Shown: piece by piece, positions 26,488 through 35,024 of the stretch
Numbering within the stretch: the first letter of the stretch is position 1
Layout of the letters: each line of letters begins with the position of its first letter
IMG/VR virus record: IMGVR_UViG_3300032212_000084
Location: 1-36,542 of that record
DNA from: a virus
Lineage: Duplodnaviria; Caudoviricetes
Direction: 5' to 3' (one strand)
DNA length: 36,542 nt
Translations under genes and position numbers: made by a program
The notes under the pieces: model-generated
Seen by the model: the letters and a program-made list of their open reading frames with translations, nothing else
Database searches by the model: none
What the model was told of the DNA's origin: nothing

Positions 26488-26928
26488 TCAGGCGGCAGTC
26501 TTCCAGCCGGCGTCTGTTGCTTCTAGCTCAATGCGTAGACAATGCTCAGAAACAGTCATTTCACTCAATTTCTCGAGCGCTTTTCTAATTTCACTGCCAT
26601 GAGTAGCGTGCTCATTGTATAGAATGCGAATTAATCTATCAGAGGGAGAAGTAACTACTTGACGATTATTTTCCCAACCACGAATAGAGTTCTCGCTAAC
26701 CCCTATAATTTCACTTAATTGAGCTTGTGACAAATCCATTTCCTTTCTAAGAAATTTAATCTCTTGGCCAGTCAGACGCTCACTGCACTCCAAAATTTGA
26801 AGCCCTATAGCCATATGAAGCCCTTCTAAATCATTAATCGAACAGGCAGGCCCATAGGCTGACTCAATTTCATTGTAGCCATTCTTTAGGTAGACATTAT
26901 CTAATCCGCAATCCCTATAATGATACAT
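26488..26928 (-). CDS. Xre-HTH antitoxin (MqsA/HigA-like)
   Basis: YHYRDCGLDNVYLKNGY N-terminus plus LRKEMDLSQAQLSEIIGVSENSIRGWE HTH; downstream of toxin-like gene. Confidence 0.8.
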   Translation of the reverse strand: MYHYRDCGLDNVYLKNGYNEIESAYGPACSINDLEGLHMAIGLQILECSERLTGQEIKFLRKEMDLSQAQLSEIIGVSENSIRGWENNRQVVTSPSDRLIRILYNEHATHGSEIRKALEKLSEMTVSEHCLRIELEATDAGWKTAA

Positions 26929-26976
26929 ATATTCCTCAACTTAAATTGTCGTGTGCTTTTGGATGTAGTTATTTTT

Positions 26977-27300
26977 TTACTCAAAATATGCTGTAACAAT
27001 TAGCGCGTAGTCTCCATTACTATCTTTATCTAGCGCCGTTACCACATTAATTGAGTTTCCTGCCGATATCCCGCTTACTGTTATTTCCCAGTTACCTTTT
27101 ACGCTTTTAGCTGGCCCTTCAGAAATAATGCCGGTTTTCAAACATCGCAAAATCTGTACCCGAGTAATGTCTCGCTCAATCATGCGCTTTTTTGCGTGTT
27201 TGCTAAAAAACACTCTCTCTGAGCACTCTGCTAACTCCTTGATTAATTTGGCAGCGGAATGCACAGATAAATCGATTGCAACAACATTACTTTTTGGCAA
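26977..27300 (-). CDS. DUF4258 RelE-like putative toxin
   Basis: FSKHAKKRMIERDI...L..G.I...IVTAY motif; TTG start. Confidence 0.75.
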   Translation of the reverse strand: MPKSNVVAIDLSVHSAAKLIKELAECSERVFFSKHAKKRMIERDITRVQILRCLKTGIISEGPAKSVKGNWEITVSGISAGNSINVVTALDKDSNGDYALIVTAYFE

Positions 27301-27324
27301 TATTCCTTTTCCTTATCGGCTTGT

Positions 27325-27360
27325 ACCGTTAATTCTTGACGGTTGACGCAATAAAGTCAA
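27325..27360 (-). promoter_or_regulatory. TA promoter with overlapping palindromic operator
   Basis: TTGACT-17-AAGAAT on minus strand; ACCGTTAATTCTTGACGGT near-palindrome covers the -10. Confidence 0.6.
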
Positions 27361-27505
27361 CAAATTAATGATTGATTGTTTTTATTGAACTGATTGATTT
27401 CTTTATAGGAAACAGAGGATTGTGTAAGATAATTCGACAAACATAACCATAAAATGCTATTTGGTAAGTATAGTCAATATGTCGAACTAATTGAGTTTGT
27501 CGCTA

Positions 27506-28246
27506 CTAATTCTGGCCTTTACTGTCTACCATATTCTCTAAAAGGTTTCTGGCTTTTTCTAGCTCTTCTTCATAGCGACCCTTCCTGAATAACTTGACTT
27601 TACTGTTAAAGGTGTTCGAAGCCACCCCTGCTTGCGATTTTGCACAAAGCACTTTTACCTTTACTGGCGTATCTACAAAGTCTAAATCTAGCCTTAGCAA
27701 CCTTGTGTTATAGCAACCACCTACATATCCATTTCCAGCAGGTAAACATTGGAATAGCACTCCTGACTCCGCCTCCAACGCCGAGCCATCGCAGTAGCAG
27801 CCACCCCCTACTATGGCTTCATCAACCCCACAAGTTACACCGCCCACGCCAGAGTTATCTATACTCTCTCTATGGGTGATGTTTAAATTTGGAATGTGGT
27901 CTATTGAATCGGTAATAGTAATTGTTTTTGTATTATCTTCAACCCATTGCGTTATGTCTGTTTTTAATGAATTCTTTATATCCTGTTCTGTATCAGAAAT
28001 TGCTAATTGAATTTCATCAGGTATTTTAGAAGAAAGCTCACTAGCAAGCTCCTCCTTAAGCTCCTGCTTTATCTCAGCTTTTAACTTTTCTTTATCTATA
28101 GAAGAATCACTCACGCCAGAATTTGATGGCTCGGGCCCACTTCCAGCCAATACTGAGTCATCGGTTTGAGAATTAGCATCATCTAAGCAGCCGCTAAAAG
28201 CTAAGGCAATACATAAGGTTAATAGTATTTTTGTCATATTATTCAT
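27506..28246 (-). CDS. Lipoprotein with Cys-rich C-terminal domain
   Basis: Signal peptide with lipobox LAFSG-C; coiled coil; six-Cys domain including GGGC. Confidence 0.75.
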   Translation of the reverse strand: MNNMTKILLTLCIALAFSGCLDDANSQTDDSVLAGSGPEPSNSGVSDSSIDKEKLKAEIKQELKEELASELSSKIPDEIQLAISDTEQDIKNSLKTDITQWVEDNTKTITITDSIDHIPNLNITHRESIDNSGVGGVTCGVDEAIVGGGCYCDGSALEAESGVLFQCLPAGNGYVGGCYNTRLLRLDLDFVDTPVKVKVLCAKSQAGVASNTFNSKVKLFRKGRYEEELEKARNLLENMVDSKGQN

Positions 28247-28296
28247 TGGTTACGCCCTTTTTTAGACAATTGGCAATTAACTATACCTCAGCAAGT

Positions 28297-28347
28297 GTTT
28301 AGCTTGGTGAACTTTTTCTTGACTTTTATAGTTTAGGTCTCTAAACT
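28297..28347 (+). promoter_or_regulatory. PL promoter and OL operators
   Basis: TTGACT(28319)-17-TAAACT(28342); operators GTTTAgcttggTGAAC (28297) and GTTTAggtctcTAAAC (28331). Confidence 0.8.
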
Positions 28348-28383
28348 TTTTTTCATACCCAACAAAAACACGAGGGAAGCACG

Positions 28384-28641
28384 ATGACAACAGCTCGCAA
28401 AATGCGAATAAAAAATGACTATAAATTTCTAGCCGTCCAGCAACATGAAGTTATTAGCAAACTTTTAGCGGGTCAGGATGTTAGTCAAGATGAGTTAAAA
28501 GCGGCCTACGAAACTGGCCAAGGCGTATTTGCAGATAAGGACATGACTCACTTGATGAAGCTATCTGAAAGTTTCGAATATTCACACGAAACTGAAGCAA
28601 AGACAGACATGCCGCGCTTGCTATACCCACAAGGATTTTAA
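28384..28641 (+). CDS. First early gene after PL, hypothetical
   Basis: GAGG RBS, directly downstream of PL. Confidence 0.65.
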   Translation: MTTARKMRIKNDYKFLAVQQHEVISKLLAGQDVSQDELKAAYETGQGVFADKDMTHLMKLSESFEYSHETEAKTDMPRLLYPQGF

Positions 28642-28725
28642 CAAGGTACCTCCCTACCAGGTAACTCAGGGGAAAGCGGGTGAAGAAGTGGCGAGTACCC
28701 TATTTTTAATTTACTGCTAAAGGAA

Positions 28726-29259
28726 ATGATAATGCTTGAAATACAAAACTGTGCTGCATCAATTACAAATGTTAACGCTAGAAAAGAGTTAAACGGCGAG
28801 GATCGCGTACCTGCTTTCGATATAAATATTTCGATACGTGTAGCTGCTGAATTGTTTAAAGGTTTATTGCCTGACTATGACGGTTTCATTAAAACCATTT
28901 GGAATGAGCACAAAGAGCTACGCACCACGGCAATCAAGCAGATTTTATTTCATGACGTAGCCTTTGAAAACGGTTCGTTAATTATTAAAGACGGCATGGG
29001 CAACGAAACAGAATTTAAGGGCTGCAAGGTCTGTAAATTTAAATACTTTCCTGGAAACTTCCAAATTGCACAGCTCGACTTTCAAGTGCAATACAGTGCT
29101 GAGAAGGAAGAGGAAATAGTTCCAGCTTACAAAGCAGAGCAGCAAGACGGCGTTTTAGTCACGATTGTGGCTAATCCCAAGGAGGGTAAGGCGAAGGGCG
29201 ATAGCGACACACAAGTTGACGCTTTCGACGGTTCAGAGCAAGAAGACGAGGCTGCTTAA
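28726..29259 (+). CDS. Hypothetical phage protein
   Basis: 177-aa ORF with AAGGA RBS in early operon. Confidence 0.7.
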   Translation: MIMLEIQNCAASITNVNARKELNGEDRVPAFDINISIRVAAELFKGLLPDYDGFIKTIWNEHKELRTTAIKQILFHDVAFENGSLIIKDGMGNETEFKGCKVCKFKYFPGNFQIAQLDFQVQYSAEKEEEIVPAYKAEQQDGVLVTIVANPKEGKAKGDSDTQVDAFDGSEQEDEAA

Positions 29260-29517
29260 ATGTCTTCCTTGCTCTATAACGGACCATCAACGGAATTTAT
29301 CCAAGCTAAAGCTGAAAAGGAATTCACTGAGCAATTGGATATCCGCGAAATTATGGAAAACTTCGTTGCAGGTTCAACATTCTCAAAATTTGAGGAGCTT
29401 TACAAAAAAGGCGGGTATGTCGGGGCTATGCTGATATTTGATGATTTTGTTAAAGAGACAACGAACGAAGAAAAGTCTTTGTTTGTTGCTCAGTGTTTAT
29501 TTGATGAGAGGGGTTAG
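29260..29517 (+). CDS. Hypothetical protein
   Basis: Abuts upstream stop; GAGG RBS. Confidence 0.6.
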   Translation: MSSLLYNGPSTEFIQAKAEKEFTEQLDIREIMENFVAGSTFSKFEELYKKGGYVGAMLIFDDFVKETTNEEKSLFVAQCLFDERG

Positions 29518-29519
29518 TT

Positions 29520-30512
29520 ATGAGTGAATTAGTGGTTATAGAGAAAAATAATGTGTCTGAAGTTTTTAAAGCTGGCGGCATGGATTCAATAATTGCTTCC
29601 ATAAAAGAGCAGGTTGACCTCGTTCCTGATGTCAGCACCGCTAAAGGTCGCAAAGAGATTGCATCAACAGCGCATAAAATTGCTAAATCAAAAACTTATC
29701 TGGATGGATTGGGCAAAGACCTTGTTACAGGTATTAAACAGCAGGCAAAAGTAATTGATGCTGAACGAAAAAAGGCGCGTGATCAGCTCGACGCTTTAAA
29801 GGAAGAAATCAGAAAACCATTAACTGAATGGGAAGACGCTGAAAAAGAACGTGTTCTCGATATACAAAAAAGAATCAATGTATTTTCTCTCGCCATGGAG
29901 CAAGAATACACAACATCAAGTAAATTGAAATTGTCTTTGGGTGTAATTGAAGCTATTGAAATAGATGATTCATTTGCAGAGTTTGCGGTAGAAGCAGCAA
30001 GAGCCAAAGATTTAGCCGTAACTCATTTGAAAGCTAAATACATCACTCTAAAAGATGAAGAAGAAAAAGCAGAATTGGCGGCTAAAGCTGAAGCTGAGCG
30101 TATAGAGAAAGAACGTATTGAACGTGAAGAACGTATTGCTAAGGAAGCCGCTGAAAATGCCCGACTGGAAGCGGAAGCTAAAGCCAAAGCCGAGGCCGAA
30201 GAAAAAGAGCGTGAAGCCAAGGCGCAAATTGAAGCCGCACAACGTGCAGAGGCAGAAGCCAAATTAGCTGCTGAACGTGCCGAACGTGAAAAGAAGGAAG
30301 CCGCTGATAATGAGCGTAGGCGTATCGAGGCTGAGAAAAAAGCCAAGGAAGAGGCAGAAGAAAAACGGCAAGCCAACCTTGAGCATCGAGCGGAAATTCA
30401 CAGCAATGCAAAGCAGTGTTTCATAGAAAATGGAATTAAAGAAGATACTGCTGTTAAAGTTATTACTTTGATTTCCAAAGGCCTTATAGCCAACGTATCT
30501 ATTCAGTATTAG
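29520..30512 (+). CDS. Coiled-coil early phage protein
   Basis: VPDVSTAKGRKEIAS...RKPLTEWE, then Ala/Glu/Lys coiled coil; a type common beside lambdoid recombination genes. Confidence 0.75.
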   Translation: MSELVVIEKNNVSEVFKAGGMDSIIASIKEQVDLVPDVSTAKGRKEIASTAHKIAKSKTYLDGLGKDLVTGIKQQAKVIDAERKKARDQLDALKEEIRKPLTEWEDAEKERVLDIQKRINVFSLAMEQEYTTSSKLKLSLGVIEAIEIDDSFAEFAVEAARAKDLAVTHLKAKYITLKDEEEKAELAAKAEAERIEKERIEREERIAKEAAENARLEAEAKAKAEAEEKEREAKAQIEAAQRAEAEAKLAAERAEREKKEAADNERRRIEAEKKAKEEAEEKRQANLEHRAEIHSNAKQCFIENGIKEDTAVKVITLISKGLIANVSIQY

Positions 30513-30521
30513 AGGCTAAGG

Positions 30522-31343
30522 ATGGGACACGCAGCCAAAGCTTACGAACCAGAATTAATTGCCATACGCGCTAGTTCTCTTGGTGAATTATTCGATTGCC
30601 CTGCTCGCTGGTCAGCTAAATACATTCTTAACATGTATATACCTTCAAACGGCAAGGCGCAGCTAGGAACTGCCTTACACGCTAGCACAGCGGTTTTCGA
30701 TAAGTCCGTTATTGATCAATCAGGAATTACCATTGAGGAAGCTGCTGGTGCCGCTGTTGATGCTATCTATAAACCTGAATATGAAGTTGACTGGGGCGAC
30801 GACAAGCCGAAAGACGCTGAAAAGATTGCTTTGTCTTTACATAATAAGTACTGCAAAACGGAAGCGCCTAAACATAACTATGTCGCTGTTGAAGTGAAAT
30901 GTGATCGCCTGGACATATCAGACATTGGATTGTCATTGACTGGCACCACTGACCGCGTGAGACACACAGAAGAAGGCTATGGCATAGCTGACATTAAAAC
31001 AGGTAAACAGGCAGTAAGTAAGGATGGCACAGTCAATACTAAAGGCCATGCTTATCAAATGGGCGTTTATGAATTACTAGCAGAATTTGGCTCAGGACTG
31101 CCAATTACCGCCCCTGCTGAAATCATTGGATTAAACACTGCCAAGACTGAAGCAGCTCAACGTATCGGCAAAGGTTCAATTGTTGGTGCGCGTGAAGTGT
31201 TACTTGGTGACGATGACAGGCTAGGAATTTTAAATATTGCATCACAGATAATTCATGCGGGTAATTTTTGGGGAAACCCTAAATCAATGCTTTGTCATAA
31301 AGATTATTGCCCTCGTTATAAAACTTGTAATTTTAGGAGATAG
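30522..31343 (+). CDS. PD-(D/E)XK exonuclease (RecB/Cas4-like)
   Basis: GTALH, LTGTTD, IADIKTG, QMGVY; one N-terminal Cys plus three C-terminal Cys. Confidence 0.85.
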   Translation: MGHAAKAYEPELIAIRASSLGELFDCPARWSAKYILNMYIPSNGKAQLGTALHASTAVFDKSVIDQSGITIEEAAGAAVDAIYKPEYEVDWGDDKPKDAEKIALSLHNKYCKTEAPKHNYVAVEVKCDRLDISDIGLSLTGTTDRVRHTEEGYGIADIKTGKQAVSKDGTVNTKGHAYQMGVYELLAEFGSGLPITAPAEIIGLNTAKTEAAQRIGKGSIVGAREVLLGDDDRLGILNIASQIIHAGNFWGNPKSMLCHKDYCPRYKTCNFRR

Positions 31344-31345
31344 TT

Positions 31346-31831
31346 TTGTCTCAACTTATACCCCTTGAAGGTAAAATGTTTGGAAATCTAACCGTTTTAA
31401 AAAGGTGCGGGAATATAGGCGTCCATACCGCATACACCTGTAAATGCTCATGTGGAAATATTAAAAATATCAGGGCAGCTTCATTAAAACGAGGTGATAC
31501 CAAATCTTGCGGCTGTCTCAGAAAAATAATGATGGCAAGAAAACAAATGAAACATGGTATGTATAACACGCCAACTTACAGAAGCTGGTCGTCAATGATA
31601 GCCAGATGCACCAACCCTATGCATCATCAATGGAAAGATTATGGGGGGCGAGGAATAAAGGTGTGTGAAGAATGGACGATCTTTGAAAATTTTTTCAGTG
31701 ACATGGGAGAAAGGCCAAAGGGTAAAAGTATTGATCGCATAGATAATGATAAAGGTTATAACTCGAAAAACTGTAAATGGTCTACTCGTACAGAGCAAAA
31801 TCGAAACAAACGCAATAGTAAAGGAATCTAG
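31346..31831 (+). CDS. HNH-type homing endonuclease
   Basis: CKCSCG...SCGC, YGGRGIKVC, SIDRIDNDKGY...NCKW. Confidence 0.85.
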   Translation: MSQLIPLEGKMFGNLTVLKRCGNIGVHTAYTCKCSCGNIKNIRAASLKRGDTKSCGCLRKIMMARKQMKHGMYNTPTYRSWSSMIARCTNPMHHQWKDYGGRGIKVCEEWTIFENFFSDMGERPKGKSIDRIDNDKGYNSKNCKWSTRTEQNRNKRNSKGI

Positions 31832-31833
31832 AT

Positions 31834-32730
31834 ATGAACACTCAAGTAACATTATCAAGTATGCAAAAAAACCAGTTAAACCCAAGTGAGCAGGTTCTCC
31901 CTGGATTTAACAGTCAACAAGGTTTTGAGCTTATGCAGCGTCAAGCACGAATGCTAGCCGCCTCAACACTTATTCCTCAGCAGTATAGGGACAATTTGCC
32001 TAACTGCGTTATTGCTTTAAATATGGCTTCTCGCTTAGGCGCTGACCCGCTCTTAATAATGCAAAACCTTTATGTCGTTCATGGAACGCCTGGCTGGTCT
32101 GCTAAGTTCTTGATTGCGTCATTCAATCAGTGCGGTCGTTTCTCTGCAATACGTTATGAATGGCAAGGCAAGCAAGGCAACAAAAACTGGGGATGTCGTG
32201 CCTGGGCAGTTGAAAAGATTTCAAATGAGCGCGTTGAATCACCCTGGATTACTTGGGAACTTGTCGAGGCTGAAGGTTGGAGCAAAAAGAACGGCTCCAA
32301 GTGGAAAACCATGCCTGAAAAAATGTTCATGTACCGTTCTGCTGCTTGGTTAGTTGATACTGTAGCGCCTGAAATATCTATGGGTTTGCAATCAGCCGAC
32401 CAGATACAAGATACCTATGACACGGAAATGAACGACGAAGGGATTTACACGGTGACAAAGGAAGACTTAAAGCAGGCAGAACCAGAACCACAAAAAAAAA
32501 CAACTAAACCCAAAACAAATAAAGCTGAAGTCGTAGACATTGAACCAGAACCTCCCACGGGCGAAATAAGTCAAAACCTTGCTGAATGTCTCGGGTTAAT
32601 TGATCTAGCAAAGAATCACGAAGACCTTGAAGCCGCTGCTGTAATAGCTACTCAAAAGCTAAGCATTGACGAGGTTGACGAGTTCCAAAACCGCTACGAA
32701 ATACGCGAAGAAGAGTTGAAGCAATCATGA
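31834..32730 (+). CDS. RecT/Red-beta-like single-strand annealing recombinase
   Basis: MQNLYVVHGTPGWSAKF...SKWKTMPEKMFMYRSA; paired with the exonuclease. Confidence 0.75.
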   Translation: MNTQVTLSSMQKNQLNPSEQVLPGFNSQQGFELMQRQARMLAASTLIPQQYRDNLPNCVIALNMASRLGADPLLIMQNLYVVHGTPGWSAKFLIASFNQCGRFSAIRYEWQGKQGNKNWGCRAWAVEKISNERVESPWITWELVEAEGWSKKNGSKWKTMPEKMFMYRSAAWLVDTVAPEISMGLQSADQIQDTYDTEMNDEGIYTVTKEDLKQAEPEPQKKTTKPKTNKAEVVDIEPEPPTGEISQNLAECLGLIDLAKNHEDLEAAAVIATQKLSIDEVDEFQNRYEIREEELKQS

Positions 32731-33008
32731 GCATTGAACAATACAACTTTCATATTAAAAAGATTTTTCCTCTTGATACTCGTGGAAACTGGTTTGAATA
32801 TGAAGTAACGCATATTGAAACGGGCGTTGTTGTGAACGCAGGTAAAACACATGCTAAGAGCATTGAATTGTTAGAAAAGCGATTAAAGCAGCAATTAAAA
32901 AACAAGTTTGGTGATCCTTACTTTGTTCCACCAAGAGCCATGAAAAATATACGATCACGTTCACAAACTTATACTATTCGAGGTACGCCCTCTTTGTGGC
33001 ATCGATAG
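32727..33008 (+). CDS. Hypothetical protein
   Basis: ATGA overlap with recombinase. Confidence 0.6.
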   Translation: MSIEQYNFHIKKIFPLDTRGNWFEYEVTHIETGVVVNAGKTHAKSIELLEKRLKQQLKNKFGDPYFVPPRAMKNIRSRSQTYTIRGTPSLWHR

Positions 33009-33012
33009 TTAA

Positions 33013-33360
33013 ATGAAGCGTTTACTTGTAATGCTGCTCCTGCTCCCACTACCCACTTACGCAAACGATTACTTGTTTGCTGCGGGAGTAGCGCTACACA
33101 CTATCGACTGGGGCCAGACGCGTGACATTGAGCGAAACCCAGATATTTCAGAAGGAAATATCGTAATTAGAGCGTTATTTGGCAGAAATCCAACACCAGC
33201 ACAGGTCGACGCTTATTTTTTAATTACAGGTGTAACTTTAACTTGGGCTTTTCACAAGATTGATAAAGGCAAGCGAATCCCTTTTGGCTTAGCTTGGATT
33301 TCACAAAGTTTAATTACGGTTAGCGCAAATAAAGAGATTGGTTTAGAGATAAGATTTTGA
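33013..33360 (+). CDS. Exported/membrane protein
   Basis: Signal peptide MKRLLVMLLLLPLPTYA; DWGQT...E.N motif; terminal Phe. Confidence 0.65.
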   Translation: MKRLLVMLLLLPLPTYANDYLFAAGVALHTIDWGQTRDIERNPDISEGNIVIRALFGRNPTPAQVDAYFLITGVTLTWAFHKIDKGKRIPFGLAWISQSLITVSANKEIGLEIRF

Positions 33361-33402
33361 GGTTTGCCATAGACTGGCACTAATTTAAAACAGGAGATAG
33401 AG

Positions 33403-33645
33403 ATGAGTAGCATGATAATAGCTAGAGGTGACGGAACTTATGATCACCATACATGCCCTTCTTGCTTTCCAGATTATTCAGATGGTACTAGGCAAGCTAC
33501 TGATGTAATCCCTCAATTTTACAGTGATCAACATGCTAAAGATGAAGGATGGAGGCTGACTAATGACCAAATGTTTCTCGCTCCCGGTAATTCATTTGTT
33601 TGGGTTTGCCCTAAATGCTGGCTGTTGATTCATGAAACTGGATAA
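33403..33645 (+). CDS. Small CxxC...CxxC protein
   Basis: CPSC/CPKC; AGGAG RBS. Confidence 0.6.
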   Translation: MSSMIIARGDGTYDHHTCPSCFPDYSDGTRQATDVIPQFYSDQHAKDEGWRLTNDQMFLAPGNSFVWVCPKCWLLIHETG

Positions 33646-33667
33646 CACATCAACAGGAAGGTGATTT

Positions 33668-33949
33668 ATGAGTGAAGCTTACGAACTAAAAACAATTAAG
33701 GATGTTTTCGATAAAATTCCTTTACACAAAATCGAAGAATGTATGAAAGAGATTACCGCTTTAATGCTGGAGTGCAAAACCGTAGAAGCTGCCATGAAAG
33801 GGCTGGCTCATGCAACTACTGGATATGCAGATAACGCAGATGCGGTTTGGCCTGAAACCATTAACTGGATTGATGATGATAAAGGCGAAGTGAAAGCAGA
33901 TTTTAGCATCAATGATATACCAATGGGGACGATAGAGGCGAGCGCCTAA
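33668..33949 (+). CDS. Hypothetical acidic protein
   Basis: AAGGTG RBS inside the boundary repeat. Confidence 0.65.
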   Translation: MSEAYELKTIKDVFDKIPLHKIEECMKEITALMLECKTVEAAMKGLAHATTGYADNADAVWPETINWIDDDKGEVKADFSINDIPMGTIEASA

Positions 33950-34010
33950 CCCCCGCGCCTTAAGCAGTATTTGATTTAAAGCGCCATGTTTGGCGAAAGG
34001 GTAGAATAAA

Positions 34011-34391
34011 ATGGGATTAACTTGTGATTGTGATATTGATTATGATCCTGAACCAGGTGACTGGTACTGGTTTAACGAAGCGAAAGATTATGCGCCATTG
34101 CCGTTTAAGCGTAGTAAAAAATGCTGCTCCTGTGACGAAAAAATAAAGCCAGGAGATTTAGCGGTAGAACATTTACGGCGAAAATGTCCTGAGTATGAAG
34201 TGGAAATTGATATATATGGTGAGGACGGGCACGTACCAATCGCATCCGATTGGATGTGCGAGTCATGCGGCGATCTCTGGTTTTCAATTACTGAGCTTGG
34301 CTATTGCATGAGTCCTCGTGATGACATGCGCGAACTTGTAAAAGAATATGCAAGAGAACATAACACCCATCAACAGGAAGGTGATTTGTGA
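34011..34391 (+). CDS. Cys-rich zinc-binding hypothetical protein
   Basis: CCSC..KIKPGD...MCESC. Confidence 0.65.
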   Translation: MGLTCDCDIDYDPEPGDWYWFNEAKDYAPLPFKRSKKCCSCDEKIKPGDLAVEHLRRKCPEYEVEIDIYGEDGHVPIASDWMCESCGDLWFSITELGYCMSPRDDMRELVKEYAREHNTHQQEGDL

Positions 34392-34672
34392 GTGAGGAAA
34401 ACGAATTGCTATGCATAATATCCCCACATGAAAAGGGCTTCTGGCAGGCAGATTTATATTTTAATGGGTTTACTGAGGGCGTCCCGCCTGATTGGTTTTG
34501 TACAGGCAAAAAAGGCGATGATCAATATGAAATCATAACTAGAGTTGCGAATGATTATCCTGGCGTTAAGTTTGTGGCGGGAATAACAGGAATTTGCATT
34601 GATTGCGGCGAAGAACATTTTGCACTGGAAGATGCTTGTTTAGAATGCGGCGGAATAATTGGTGACACATAA
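34388..34672 (+). CDS. Acidic protein with C-terminal zinc ribbon
   Basis: CIDCG...CLECG; GTG start inside the boundary repeat. Confidence 0.6.
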   Translation: MSEENELLCIISPHEKGFWQADLYFNGFTEGVPPDWFCTGKKGDDQYEIITRVANDYPGVKFVAGITGICIDCGEEHFALEDACLECGGIIGDT

Positions 34673-34778
34673 CAAGGAGTCTTAACCAGCCGCAGGACCG
34701 GTTCAAGCGGGAGTTAGGTGATATGTATACGTACCTGATCAATTTATTTGTTAGCTAATAGAGAGTTAAACTTACAAA

Positions 34779-35024
34779 GTGGCTTTAATGAAACTATCCA
34801 AATTTCAACAGCGATTTGACGCTGGATCAGCGCCAGATTCACGAACTATTGTATCTTGGATAAAAAAAGGCTATATCTACGGGGAAATATACGGACCCAA
34901 ATCGGTGTATGTGGACCCAGACAGAACACCGATCAAGGAAGAAGAAGCTAAAAATGACTTAGTAGTCAAGGTCTTACTGAAACATGGCGCAAAGGCGAAG
35001 CAGGATGAATCACAAGTTGCCTGA
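34779..35024 (+). CDS. xis: Excisionase
   Basis: Small winged-HTH (PDSRTIVSWIKKGYI) overlapping int start, as in lambda. Confidence 0.75.
   Translation: MALMKLSKFQQRFDAGSAPDSRTIVSWIKKGYIYGEIYGPKSVYVDPDRTPIKEEEAKNDLVVKVLLKHGAKAKQDESQVA

Noticed and set aside
28384-28641. Lambda N-like antiterminator
   Set aside because: Right position, but no convincing arginine-rich motif and no clear boxA-boxB nut site
29520-30512. TolA-like envelope protein
   Set aside because: The resemblance is only low-complexity Ala/Glu/Lys coiled coil; there is no membrane anchor
30522-31343. Cas4 as part of a CRISPR-Cas locus
   Set aside because: No cas1/cas2 or array; its position beside an annealase indicates a phage recombination exonuclease
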